From positions 8,378,772 to 8,442,771 of the forward strand of contig CM119265.1 in NCBI GenBank assembly GCA_051294375.1: a DNA stretch of 64,000 nt, given 5' to 3'. The notes under the pieces are model-generated. The model saw nothing but the letters and a program-made list of their open reading frames with translations, did no database searches and was not told the origin of the DNA. This document shows, piece by piece, positions 23,744 through 36,517 of this stretch; position 1 is the first letter of the stretch, and each line of letters begins with the position of its first letter. The DNA comes from Paraspadella gotoi (lineage: Eukaryota; Animalia; Chaetognatha). Made by a program: the position numbers and the translations under genes.

Positions 23744-26700
23744 TCACCGAAATTTCTCAAAGCTGAAACGATTTCAATTTTGAACATTCAACTAAACTAA
23801 ATAACAAATTTAACAAGATAGAAGGCGAGAAAGAGAGATGGGAAAAATTCAGAGAGAGAGCGCTGTTCTTTTTCGTTTAAAAAAAAAAAACAAACCGATC
23901 GTGTTTGTTTATAGAATCTCATGAAAACTTTGCCTGGATTTGATTCGCGGTTTTTCCGAAGGAAGCTTTTTTTTTCTGAGGGGAATCTGCTTTCCCGCAA
24001 TGATTGCTTGCGGAGGTCGGTAGAGGCATTTTAATGACGAAAGGAGGAAATCGGGGGGGGGGGTCAGGGTGAGGTGGGGAAAAGTCAGGTGACGTGAAGT
24101 AAGGGTGGGGGGCCCGTGGGGGGGGGAAGAAAGGGCGGGGAAAAAAAAACACGAAAAAATGGGGCGGGGAGGCGTGGCGCCAAATGGGCGGTCATTCGGC
24201 GGTTATAGATTTTGATGGTTGATGTGGTTTTTGGCTCTGCAGCCTCTTTCGAGAAGGCCGCTTGGGCTTTGGGTTCGAGATTGGCAAAAGAGGTAGATGG
24301 TTTGGAGAGTGGCCACGCCGAGTTGGAGGGTTGGCACTCCGAAACGCTTTAACCACAAAACCGAGGTAAAATTATACGAGGCGAGTTTATCGTCGCTTCT
24401 CTCTCTCTCTTTTTTATTCTCGCGGTCATAACTTTGAATTTTGAAAAAAAAAAAAGAGATTTAGAGTCGCGCTCGGGGTGGCGGACTTTTTTACCTCTGC
24501 CAACTTCGACCCCTTTTTATTTAAGTCGTGGGTGCGAAGTTTCGCGAGAAGGAAAGTGTACTGGGCGGAAAGGGGGAGTGGACGGCAGCGGGGATCGGGG
24601 TGGGCAATGAGCAATAGGCGCCTAGGGGTCGCTAGGAAATGGGCGTGCGCGGTTACAGCGAGCGAATAATAATAAGAAGACGATTTTTTTTTTTACTAAA
24701 GGCGAAGGGGCTGAAGCTAAGGTAAGATCTTTATTTCGTGACCGGTTCATGCAAAATTGGTTATTTGCTTCCCGAAATAGCTCGAAATCTTTTCTCATGA
24801 TTAGAAGCAGGAAAGACAAACGAACATAATTTAGGGCTAAAAGAGACGCATCAGTTTTGACAGACGAAGTCGAGAGATTAAAGAAGAAGGTTTAAATTAT
24901 AAATAATAGACGTAATTGTTATGGAATTTAATGATTAAGAGTATCGTATTTTTAGGTCAAGTATAACCAGGAAAATATTATACATTCATTCATACGAGAA
25001 AAAATTTTGCTCCGTCCTATTATAATTATTATTAGATTTTAGAATTTTTAAGTCCTCACGAAGGTTCATGTTCAATGAACATTGTTCATCCCGCCCCGAC
25101 TCGGTCGGCGACAATTTCGAGTATCGGGCATTGTCTCGGCTTCCCTATCAATGAACGGTATAATATTTCAAAGAATGTTTCATTGTATGAAAAAGAGCGC
25201 TCCCTTAATTATATTTATTCCGGGTTTGAAATGAAGTTTCCGCCGGTCGACGTTCTAATTCCACCTTTTCTTTCTCCAATTTTACGATTTGTTTACTTTT
25301 CAATTCGACTTTTCGGAGAAAATTAAGGTTTCGGCCTAACAAGTCGTCAGGCACCCGACAGTCGCTTCGTCGTGTTCTTTGTCGGCTTCGAAAGTCATCA
25401 TCTTCGTCGACATTGTATTCCCGTCGACTCTGTCGTTATCGTCTTCCGTCGTCGTCGTCGTCGTCGTCAGTTATTCGTCTGGTCTCTTTCCCCGCTAATT
25501 ATTTTTTTTTCGCTTCGGAAACAAAAATCTCAAATTTTCCCGAGTTATTCATTTTCAAAAAAAAGGGTTTCTTGCTTGCTCGAATATTTTTGCTTGCAAT
25601 CGAAAAGCTTGTTAGGCGGGTCGTTAATCGTCCCGACGCCGTCGTCGGTTGTTTGCTCCGGGTCGTCAAGGCGATTGTCTCGTCGCAAATCGATAAATTT
25701 TCCAATTGGATGAACTGAGAGCGCGATGCTGAGATGCTGAGGATGATACTATATAAGAGGATTGGAAAGCGATTAGGAGCAGCAGATATATAAGAGTTAA
25801 ATGATTAAAAAAAGCCATTACAAAAGCAATGTTTAAAAAAAAACCGCATCTTTCAACAGAGTAGATGAATAGAAAAATAAAAAGAGAAAGAAAATTTTTC
25901 AAGATGTAGGGTTTATGACGAGAGAAACGACAAAGAAGAGAGGAGAAAGAGGAGAGAAGAGAGGAGAGGGAGAGAGAGAGAAGAGAGAGAGAGAGAAGAA
26001 AAAAAGGAGCCCCTCAGATTTCTTTCCACAATTGATTAGACTCTCCTTTTTATTAAAATAGGCCAGGGAATTTTCTTCATTACAGCTTCACAATTCACCG
26101 TCAGAAATTTTTCTCGACCGGTCGACAATAGTTTTGTTCCGTGAGTCAATCTTGCAAGACTGCGCAATGCTCAACCAAAGCCACCGAGTTTCTTGACTCG
26201 CGCTTCACTGATTCACCAAAATCGCGCCAACCGTCTCGTCGTACGCCCCGTCACCCCATTCGACCCTCTCTCCGTCCTCCCCCCCTCGCTGGTTCAGCTA
26301 TCCCTCCCCCACCCCCGCGTCAGCCCCACCTTATCTCTCCGCCGCGGGAAATGTGAGGAGGAGACAGAATAAGTAGGCGCGTCAAAATCATTAAAACCCT
26401 TCGTTTTTCTTCTCCCCTTCGTCGTCGACCCTTTTTACTCCCCCCCTTTCTCCCCCTCTCTTTTTCCCCCTCCCGGTCATTTTCCCTCGTTTCGCTTTTT
26501 CTCTCTCTCTCCAAGCCTAAGTGTAAGTCGTTTCTGTCGACGGGTAACTCAAAACGCGTAAATAATATGTTCTTTTCGTAGTTTTCCTGGTTCTCACTCG
26601 GAAATCTCCAGATAGGATGTAACACTTGCGACCAAATCCTCAGTGAGTCGAGCGGCGGGTCCTTTGAAGTCGGAGAAGTGGTAAGTGGCGTGAAAACGAT

Positions 26701-29584
26701 TACGTTTCACGTTTTCAATGTGATATCACTCGCTTTACATTTCTTTGTTACCATTTTTTCCTCTTTTGTTTGTTTCCTTTCCCCTTGTAGCTTATCGCTG
26801 CTTTGTTGGCTTGGATCGTTGTTAGTTTTGGTTGAAGCTTGTCAATTACGAGATTAGTCGGCCTTTTGTTTGCGTCATAATGGCCTTAAAAGACTTGGTG
26901 GTTATCTCAAATTTGTAATTTTTTGAATAATTATCATTCCGAAGTGAATCATTTTGGAAAAAATAACCGAGATTTCCGATTTCCAGTTTTGTGGATTACA
27001 TACTTATTTTATTCAGAAACAGCATTTTAACTTTCATATTTTACGATGAATATATGTAATAGTTTATTTTGTGAAAAATTTCCGTAATCGGCAACGTTGC
27101 GCCAGACTTTTTTCGTCTACGTGATCGTCTCGCTCTCACTCTGGCTCTTGAGGTGATCGAAAGCCTCTCGCAAGCGAAAAAATCGGCGAGGTCTGGATTT
27201 TGTTTTGGTTTTCGGGAGCCACGTTGCGTCGTTGTCGAGTCGAGAGGCAAGTAGGGCAACCCTTACTGTTTTCGTCTACTTTCGCTTCGCCTTTCGCCCC
27301 TTCGCCCTTTGTTTATGGTCGCCATGGAGATAAAACGGGTTTCAGGGGCGAAGGTTGGATTCCGAGGAGGTGAGCCGACATCCTTCGGCCCACACAGGTT
27401 GATAAACAATTAAACATGATATTGTTTCTCCTATTGATGTTTGTTTCATTCTCTATTTTGTTAATAGTTTCGTGCGGGACGGCTAGAAATTTATTGGTTG
27501 GGAGTTGTAAAAAGAAACAATAAAAAAGCAAATGTCCGTTGGCATTTTACTGTGCAGTTTAACTATTTTCATGCGCATCGAAGAGAATGAATATGGCACA
27601 ATGGGGGAAATCGAAAGGCAAAAAAAAGAAAAGAAAAAAGAAAGAATTTATATCAAGGGAGCGTTCTTTCGCAAGTTCTTTAGTCTCTGCTCGCCTCACT
27701 AACTTCTCATTAAAGCGATCAGCGCTGAGGAGGAAAACAAAAATATTCTTCGCGTAGGAGAGAGCGCCTACTTCCTAAACCTTCCCTACCCTAGACAATT
27801 TCTGTCACACAAAACCGAGTTTTTTTTAATTTTCCGCCGAAAGTAAACCTCAAAAGAACAAAGTTATCAAATAAAAAATCCTCGACAAAGAAGCAAAAAA
27901 GGCAGAGCGTCGTTTTCCGCGTGGAAGCACGACATGGTTCGCTTCGCGATCGTCCTTCGGCGTCTTTCTCTCGCCGCGGTGATTCGTCCGCGCCAAGTGG
28001 GAGGCAACGTCCTGAAGGAAGACTTGAAAGGCTGCTTCAAAAGGTTGATGGGAGAAGGCGGAAAGGGGGCGTCGTGGGGGGAAAAGAGGGATTAAAGTTA
28101 TTCCGTAGAATTGGTAAGAAAAGCGGAGAGTGTGTACATAAAAAAGCATTATATATCATACTACTCCCTCATAAACAGCCACGCCCGCGCCCTTTTCCTC
28201 CTATGGACTAACCGAGGTCATATACGCGACGTGCACACAGCGCTGCAGGGCGGCGGCGTATCAGGTCCGAAAGCCGCTACCGTCTCGATGACTCACCGTT
28301 CACCGACTCGACGCGCCCACGTCGGCAGACAGCGGAGAAGTACGCCCGACGCCTCTTCCAACTGGCCAAAGCGGCGCGTGTTCGTCGAGGACGCCAAAGC
28401 CGCCGCCGCCGCCGCATCGGGAGACGCGATGCAGCACTTAAGGAGGCGGAGAAGACGGCGGACAGGCGAGGGAGGAAAGAAGGAGGACGGAGAAAGCGGA
28501 GAAGGAGCAAAATAGAGGAGAAGCGTGAGGAGGAGGAGGGAAGGAGGAAGGCCAGATAGAACGAGGAGGAAGCCGGGGCTGGTATCTGATCTAGAAACAG
28601 GCGCCGCCTGAAGAGGAAGAGAGGAGGAGGAGGGGCAGAACAGTCAATTCCGATTCCGACGAAAATAATGAGACAGAAAGACAAGGACGCCCAAGAGGAG
28701 CAAGGGAAAAAGGAGGCCGGAGTGGAAAAGGAAGAAGAGCATTTGGAAGAAAAGAGGAAGAATGAGGAATGAGGCAGAGGAAGGAGGAAAGAAAGCCCTA
28801 CAGAAGAAAGAGAACTGGGAACGATGGAAATCGAACGAGAAGATGATGCGGAAGCTTAAGGAGAGAAGAGACACGCGACGCAGGAGCAGCCGTCGAAGAG
28901 GAGAATACGAAATCCGAGTCCAGGCCATCGTTCAAGTTTTTGGCCACGGATCCGGAGGCCTCATCAGGCCGACAATCGCGGAGCTGACTGATCCCGACGA
29001 ACCAACAACAGCGTCAAGAAGTTGGTCAAGCACACCAACGAGAATCTGGAGAAGAAGACCGACGGCGAAGTGGTGAGGGAGTGGGTCGAAGGTCAAAGGT
29101 CACGTGGGCCAAAGGATGAGACGTGTCGCGGGGATATTGGAATGCGTTTTGACCGATAGCGAATCGATTGAATAGCGATCCGGCGCCGGGATTCTTTTTC
29201 GTAGGTGATTTAACAAGGGAATGGACAAGAACACCCTGAAGAAGAACCGCTTGAATCGCGAAGAAGACCGTCAAGGAATCCCAGGACAAGAAGAAGGGCG
29301 GAGAGGAATCATCGACAAGGAGTGGGCATTAGGGAGGGTGTGGGAAAGTGATGAGAGAGTAAATTGGTGGGGGGGGGAAGGGAATGGGAAGGGGAGAGAG
29401 AGAAAAGGAGGAGTAAAAAGGAGAGATGGAGGTCAGCATCGGTCAAATCGATCGAAAGAAAAGTAGATGAATGAAAAGACGGATGGAGAGAGTAGACAGC
29501 TAAAAATTAGAAAAATTAAAAATTAAAAATAAAAATTAAAAATTAAAAACTAAAATTAACGAACTAATAAGAAAAAGTGGCGGA
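21269..29584 (+). repeat. Segment copy 1 (~8.3 kb) of a tandem direct duplication
   Basis: Begins ACAGACAGACAGGATCCAATTAGG and is colinear with 29591-38186. Indel density rises toward its 3' end. Confidence 0.92.
27934..29325 (+). pseudogene. Frameshifted, 3'-truncated copy (exons 1-3) of the Glu-rich GPI-type gene; probably uncorrected long-read or haplotype redundancy
   Basis: Colinear with 36518-37933 but with many 1-nt indels. Exon 4 is absent because the copy ends at ~29584. Confidence 0.75.
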
Positions 29585-29808
29585 TCCTCTGACAGACAGA
29601 CAGGATCCAATTAGGTCGTCAATTTTCGCGTTTCAAGACTCGATGTTCGCATAATCGCTGTTTTTTTAGTCTGAAACCGTTTTTTAGATCAAAAGCAAGA
29701 TTCAAATTTGAGAAAACAAAAGATAAAAACCGTGATTAAAATACATTTTATTAAATGAAAAAAAAAAAAAAAAACAGCGCCTGTTGACCCGTAGCATTTT
29801 TAGCTTAA

Positions 29809-30164
29809 GGGACCCAGTGATANNNNNNNNNNATTATTTGAAAAGAAACTTTAAATAAAATCAGTTGATACCTTAAATTTAGATTCTTTCCTAGTTTTTT
29901 TTCTTATAAATTTTTGTGATAAAAGCTGAAAATCTTTTTAAAATTAGATCTTACCCTTTTTTAGAAAAAAAAATTTAAAACTTGAAAAAGATTTTCTTCT
30001 TACCGATTTTTTAAAGAAAATTAAGCTTGCTGATTTTATCGAATTTTTTAACTACTTTCCCAAATGATTATAAAAGAAAAAATTATATGGTCAGAACCAG
30101 CTTAAGTTAAAGGGTCAAACGTTATGTTTTCAGCTTTTTACCCCCCCCTGTTCACTTGGTCCCC
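29809..30164. mobile_element. TTAA-flanked non-autonomous DNA transposon (MITE), Kolobok-type termini
   Basis: TTAA (29805-29808) + GGGACCCAGTGA ... TCACTTGGTCCCC + TTAA (30165-30168): imperfect TIRs starting with purines. The matching position in copy 1 (21488-21491) has a single TTAA empty site. Contains a 10-N gap, so the true length is uncertain. Confidence 0.82.
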
Positions 30165-30550
30165 TTAAATCCTCCCATTAAAAAAGCTCTTTCCTCAAAT
30201 TTAACCGACTTTTGCCTATGCCATAGGCTATGGTTATTATTTCATCGCTGTCCAATTGATAGTTCTATTCAGGGCGATTGTTCAATGTTAATCGTTGTCG
30301 GTTCAATTTCAAACATTTAGCCCAAAATTGATAGCCCACTTCCACCTCCACCCACTACAATCATGACTTTCCACTCAGCCCTTCTTCCCCAACTCACCCC
30401 TTCCCCGACTCCCGACTCCTCCCGACTCACTTTCGTGTCCCCACCCACCATTTTAGTTTAACGACTGGCGTCGCTTCCAATCATCAGTAATTCACGTTTA
30501 AGAAAAAGTTTAATTTCTCGCGGCTTTTTTTATATCTTCGGCCTTTGCTC

Positions 30551-30596
<46 letters not shown>

Positions 30597-32296
30597 CCCC
30601 TCCCCGTTCTCGTTTTGGCTTAGTTTGTCCTTTGGCGTCGAAAGGGGGAATAAACATTTTTTTTATAAAGAGGAAACAAAGAGATAAAGAGAGGGCGAGA
30701 GTGGGAGGGAGCAAATTATTTTCAAATATAGTTGTTTTTTTATTTAACTGCCGGTAAAAACTTTCTTTTTTTAACGATTTACTTTTATCGTAGTTAAAAG
30801 AGTTCAATAAACTTGTAAACTTATAAACATGGAAAAAACTTACTAACCCCGAGTATTGCTAAAATTCTTGACATCGTTTTCAATTAAAACTTAATAGCGT
30901 TCCGTGTTGTTGCCTCTTTGTTGTTGTCTTTACTATTGTTGTCAATTGCTTTTGTCAAGAAGCCAACAAACGGTTTCTTCGTTGGCTTCTTCTCTTTTTC
31001 TCTCCAGTTTCTCCCGCTCCACATCGTTCGCTCCTGGAATTTCGACCCACTAGACTCCTGGCATTTTGCCCCGCTTCAAATAGGCTGCTCCTGTTATTTC
31101 GCTCCACTCTTCGCCACTCCTCGACTTCGTGCCAAAATGGTATAATTTTCTTGCCGGATTTAATGAGATGAAAACAAAAGGGCAGCGGAAAAANNNNNNN
31201 NNNNNNNNNNNNNNNNNNNNNNNNNNNNNNNNNNNNNNNNNNNNNNNNNNNNNNNNNNNNNNNNNNNNNNNNNNNNNNNNNNNNNNNNNNNNNNNNNNNN
31301 NNNNNNNNNNNNNNNNNNNNNNNNNNNNNNNNNNNNNNNNNNNNNNNNNNNNNNNNNNNNNNNNNNNNNNNNNNNNNNNNNNNNNNNNNNNNNNNNNNNN
31401 NNNNNNNNNNNNNNNNNNTTGGGGATAAAAAAAAATGAATAAGGTGACATTGGGACAATGAAAAATAAAGTAATTAATGAAACACGTAATCAAGTACAAG
31501 GTACGAAACTAAAAGTATGTTAGTGCTCTTCATATTTTTTCTTCTCTTTAAAAAAAGAAAGAAACTTCGAGATGGCTGTTTCAGAATAAAAAAAAAGATG
31601 TTTCGAAACCATTGTAAAAATGGGAAAATCTCACTCGGTAGTCACGTTTTAAGAATTGTTTTTCGACAAAAGAAATAGTTCGTTCATCACCGTAAAACAG
31701 ATAGAAAACGAGGAGATAAAAAAAGGTTGGGAGAGAAAGAAACTGATCGAGAAACAAATTGTTTTTATTTACGAGAGAAAAATATTTTTTTCTTAAGTTA
31801 ATAGTAATCGAAAAATAAAGTTAAAATGAATCTTATCTTGGTGTTAGTTCACATGACCTCGGCGACAATTTTGACGCAAATGTTGGGAAGGACATTAAAA
31901 TTCGGGACAAAGGGACATGTCTAAAAAGTCTGCGTTTATCGTTGAATGTTAAATTCTTTTAGACAGTTCTCGCTCGAGCCAATTCCATTTCGAAATTCTA
32001 TTTTCCAAGTTCTCCAGTGTGACCGATTCCAAAGTAGTTTCGTTGGTGGGCTGGAAAACGAATTTTGTCGGTTCAATCATTTCATTTTGAAGAAGAAAAA
32101 TTCGATTCGGTTTCTGATCGAAAATTTTTGAATTTTTCTTCGTTATGGTTCTTCGTTTTGCCGGAGGCTTTGATCTCTCTGCCCCCCGCAATGTTAGATT
32201 CTTGACAAGGGTAATAAAGAACAACTTTGAAAATCTCTCCCTCTGTTTTTTCTCTTCCTCTCTGCCTAACATGTTCTCTCTCTCTCTCTCTTTCTG

Positions 32297-32331
<35 letters not shown>

Positions 32332-34639
32332 CCTTTCTCCACCTTTCTCACTTTCTGCTTTCTCTCTCCTCTCTCTCTTTCCCTCTCTCTCTCTGTTTCT
32401 CTCTCTCTCTCTGTCTCTCTCTCTCACCGAAATTTCTCAAAGCTGAAACGATTTCAATTTTGAACATTCAACTAAACTAAATAACAAATTTAACAAGATA
32501 GAAGGCGAGAAAGAGAGATGGGAAAAATTCAGAGAGAGAGCGCTGTTCTTTTTCGTTTAAAAAAAATAAACCGATTCGTGTTTGTTTATAGAATCTCATG
32601 AAAACTTTGCCTGGATTTGATTCGCGGTTTTTCCGAAGGAAGCTTTTTTTTTTTCTGAGGGGAATCTGTTTCCCGCAATGATTGCTTGCGGAGGTCGGTA
32701 GAGGCATTTTAAATGACGAAAGGAGGAAATCGGGGGGGGGGGTCAGGGTGAGGTGGGGAAAAGTCAGGTGACGTGAAGTAAGGGTGGGGGGCCCGTGGGG
32801 GGGGGAAGAAAGGGCGGGAAAAAAAAACACGAAAAAATGGGGGCGGGGAGGCGTGGCGCCAAATGGGCGGTCATTCGGCGGTTATAGATTTTGATGGTTG
32901 ATGTGGTTTTTGGCTCTGCAGCCTCTTTCGAGAAGGCCGCTTGGGCTTTGGGTTCGAGATTGGCAAAAGAGGTAGATGGTTTGGAGAGTGGCCACGCCGA
33001 GTTGGAGGGTTGGCACTCCGAAACGCTTTAACCACAAAAACCGAGCGTAAAATTATACGAGGACGAGTTTATCGTCGCTTCTCTCTCTCTCTTTTTTATT
33101 CTCGCGGTCATAACTTTGAATTTAAAAAAAAAAAAAAGAGATTTAGAGTCGCGCTCGGGGTGGCGGACTTTTTTAACCTCTGCCCAACTTCGACCCCTTT
33201 TTATTTAAGTCGTGGGGTGCGAAGGTTTCGCGAGAAGGAAAGTGTACTGGGCGGAAAGGGGGAGTGGACGGCAGCGGGGGATCGGGGTGGGCAATGAGCA
33301 ATAGGCGCCTAAGGGGTCGCTAGGAAATGGGCGTGCGCGGTTAGCAGACGGAGCGAATAATAATAAGAAGACGATTTTTTTTTTACTAAAGGCGAAGGAG
33401 GCTGAAGCTGAGGTAAGATCTTTATTTCGTGACCGGTTCATGCAAATTGGTTATTTGCTTCCCGAAATAGCTCGAAATCTTTTCTCAGAAAAAAAAAATG
33501 AAAAAAGATTAGAAGCAGGAAAGACAAACGAACAAAATTTAGGGCTAAAAAGAGACGCATCAGTTTTGACAGACGAAGTCGAGAGATTAAAGAAGAAGGT
33601 TTAAATTATAAATAATAGACGTAATTGTTATGGAATTTAATGATTAAGAGTATCGTATTTTTAGGTCAAGTATAACCAGGAAAAATATTATACATTCATT
33701 CATACGAGAAAAATTTTGCTCCGTCCTATTATAATAATTATTAGATTTTAGAATTTTTAAGTCCTCACGAAGGTTCATGTTCAATGAACATTGTTCATCC
33801 CGCCCCGACTCGGTCGCGAATATTTTCGAGTATCGGGCATTGTCTCGGCTTCCCTATCAATGAACCGGTATAATATTTCAAAGAATGTTTCAATTGTATG
33901 AAAAGAGCGCTCCCTTAATTATATTTATTCCGGGGTTTGAAATGAAGTTTCCGCCCGGTCGACGTCTATTCCACCTTTTCTTTCTCAATTTTACGATTTG
34001 TTTACTTTTCAATCCGACTTTTCGGAGAAAATTAAGGTTCCGCCTAACAAGTCGGTCAGGCACCCGACAGTCGCCTTCGTCGGTTTCTTTGTCGGCTTCG
34101 AAAGTCGACATTATATTCCCGTCGACTCTGTCGTTATCGTCTTCGTCGTCGTCGTCGTCGTCGTCGTCATTTCGTCTGGTCTTCTCCTTTCCCCGCTAAT
34201 TATTTTTTTTTCGCTTCGGAAACAAAAGTCTCAAATTTTCCCCGAGTTATTCATTTTCAAAAAAAAAGGGTTTCTTGCTTGCTCGAATATTTTTGCTTGC
34301 ATCGAAAAGCTTGTTAGGCGGGTCGTTAATCGTCCCCGACGCCGTCGTCGGTTGTTTGCTCGGGTCGTCAAGGCGATTGTCTTCGTCGCAAATCGATAAA
34401 TTATTCCAATTGGACTGAGACCATGCTGAGATGCTGCGATGCTGAGATGCTGAGGATGATACTATATAAGGGATTGGAAAGCCATTAGGAGCAGCAGATA
34501 TATAAGAGTTAATGATTAAAAAAAGCCATTACAAAAGCAATGTTTAAAAAAAAAACGCATCTTTCCAACAGAGTAGATGAATAGAAAAATAAAAAGAGAA
34601 AGAAAATTTTCAAGATGTAGGGTCTTATGACGAGAGAAA

Positions 34640-34681
<42 letters not shown>

Positions 34682-35229
34682 GAGCCCCTCAGATTTCTTT
34701 CCACAATTGATTAGACTCTCCTTTTTATTAAAATAGGCCAGGGAATTTTCTTCATTACAGCTTTCACAATTCACCGTCAAGAAATTTTTCTTCGACCGGT
34801 CGACAATATTTTGTCCGTGAGTCAATCTGGCAAGACTGCGCAATGCTCAATCAAAGCCACCGAGTTTTCTTGACTCGCGGCTTCACTGATTCACCAAAAT
34901 CGCGCCAAACCGCTCGTCCTACGCCCCGTCACCCCATTCGACCCCTCTCTCCGTCCTCCCACCCTCGCTGTTTCAGCTATCCCTCCCCCACCCCCGCCAG
35001 CCTTATCTCTCCGCCGCGGGGATGTGAGGAGGAGACAGAAAATAAGTAGGGCGTCAAAATTCATTAAACCCTTCGTTTTTCTTCTCCCCTTCGTCGTCGA
35101 CCGTTTTCACCTCCCCCTCTTTCTCCCCCCTCTCTTTTTCCCCCTCCGGTACATTTTCCCTCGTTTCGCTTTTCTCTCTCTCTGTCGACGGTAACTCAAA
35201 ACGCGTAAATAATACGTTACTTTTCGTAG

Positions 35230-35330
35230 TTTTCCTGGTCTCTCACTCGGAAATCTCCAGATAGGATGTAACCCCTTGGACCAAATTTCCCAGTGAATCG
35301 AGCGGCGGGTCCTTTGAAGTCGGAGAAGTG
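35230..35330 (+). other. Candidate non-coding (5' UTR) exon upstream of the Glu-rich gene
   Basis: Acceptor TTTTCGTAG ends at 35229 and consensus donor GTG|GTAAGT starts at 35331. Both signals are also recognisable in the copies near 26580-26681 and 57070-57174. Confidence 0.35.
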
Positions 35331-36517
35331 GTAAGTGGCGTGAAACGATTACGTTTCACGTTTTCAATGTGATATCACTCGCTTTACATTTCTATTGTTA
35401 CCATTTTTTCCTCTTTTGTTTGTTTCCTTTCCGCTTTGAGCTTATCGCTCTTTGTTGCTTGGTCGTTGTTAGTTTTGGTTGAAGCTTGTCAATTACGAGA
35501 TTAGTCAGCCTTTTTTTGCGTAATTCATTAATGGCTTAAAAAGACCTTGGTGGTTATTCATCAAATTTGTTAATTTTTTGAATAATTATCATTCGAAGTG
35601 AATCATTTTGGAAAAAACTAACCGAGATTTCCGATTTCCAGTTTTGTGGATGTACATACTTATTTTATTCAGAAACAAGTAACTTTCATATTTTACGATG
35701 AATATATGTAATATTTATTTTGTGAAAAAATTCCGTAATCGGCAACGTTGCGCCAGACTTTTTCGTCTCACGTGATCGTCTCGCTCTCACTCTGGCTCTT
35801 GAGTGATCGAAAGCCTCTCGGCCGAGTCTCGAACGGAAAAATCGGCGAGGTCTGGATTTTGTTTTGGTTTTCGGGAGCCACGTTGCGTCGTTGTCGAGTC
35901 GAGAGGGCAACGTAGGGCAACTCTTACTTGTTTCGTCTACTCGCCTTCGCCTTTTCGCCCCTTCGCCCTTTGTTTATGGTCGCCATGGAGATAAAACGGG
36001 TTTCAGGGTGGCGAAGGGTTGGATTCCGAGGAGGTGAGCGAATCCTTTCGCCCACACAGGTTGATAAACAATTAAACATGAATATTGTTCTCCTATTGAC
36101 GTTTGTTTCATTCTTATTTTGTTAATAGTTTCGTGCGAGACGGCTAGAAATTTATTTGTTGCAGTTTACACTTTTTCATCGCATCGAAGAAATTGAATAT
36201 CAAATGGGAAATCGAAATGCAAAAAAAAAGAAAAAAAAAGAAATTAATTTTAATCAAGGAGCTTCTTCGCCAGTTCTTAGTCTCGCTCGCCTCACTACTT
36301 CTCATTAAAGCGATCAGCGTGAGGAGGAAAACAAAATATTCTCGGTATGAGAGACCCTTACCCTCAAACTTCACCCTAGACAAAATTTTGTCAAAAAAAA
36401 CCCGAGATTTTTAATTTTCCGCCGAAAGTAAACCTCAAAAGAACAAAGTTCTCAAGAAAAAATCCTCGACAGAAGAACCAAAAAAGGCAGAGCGTCGTTC
36501 CGCGTGGAAGCAACGAC

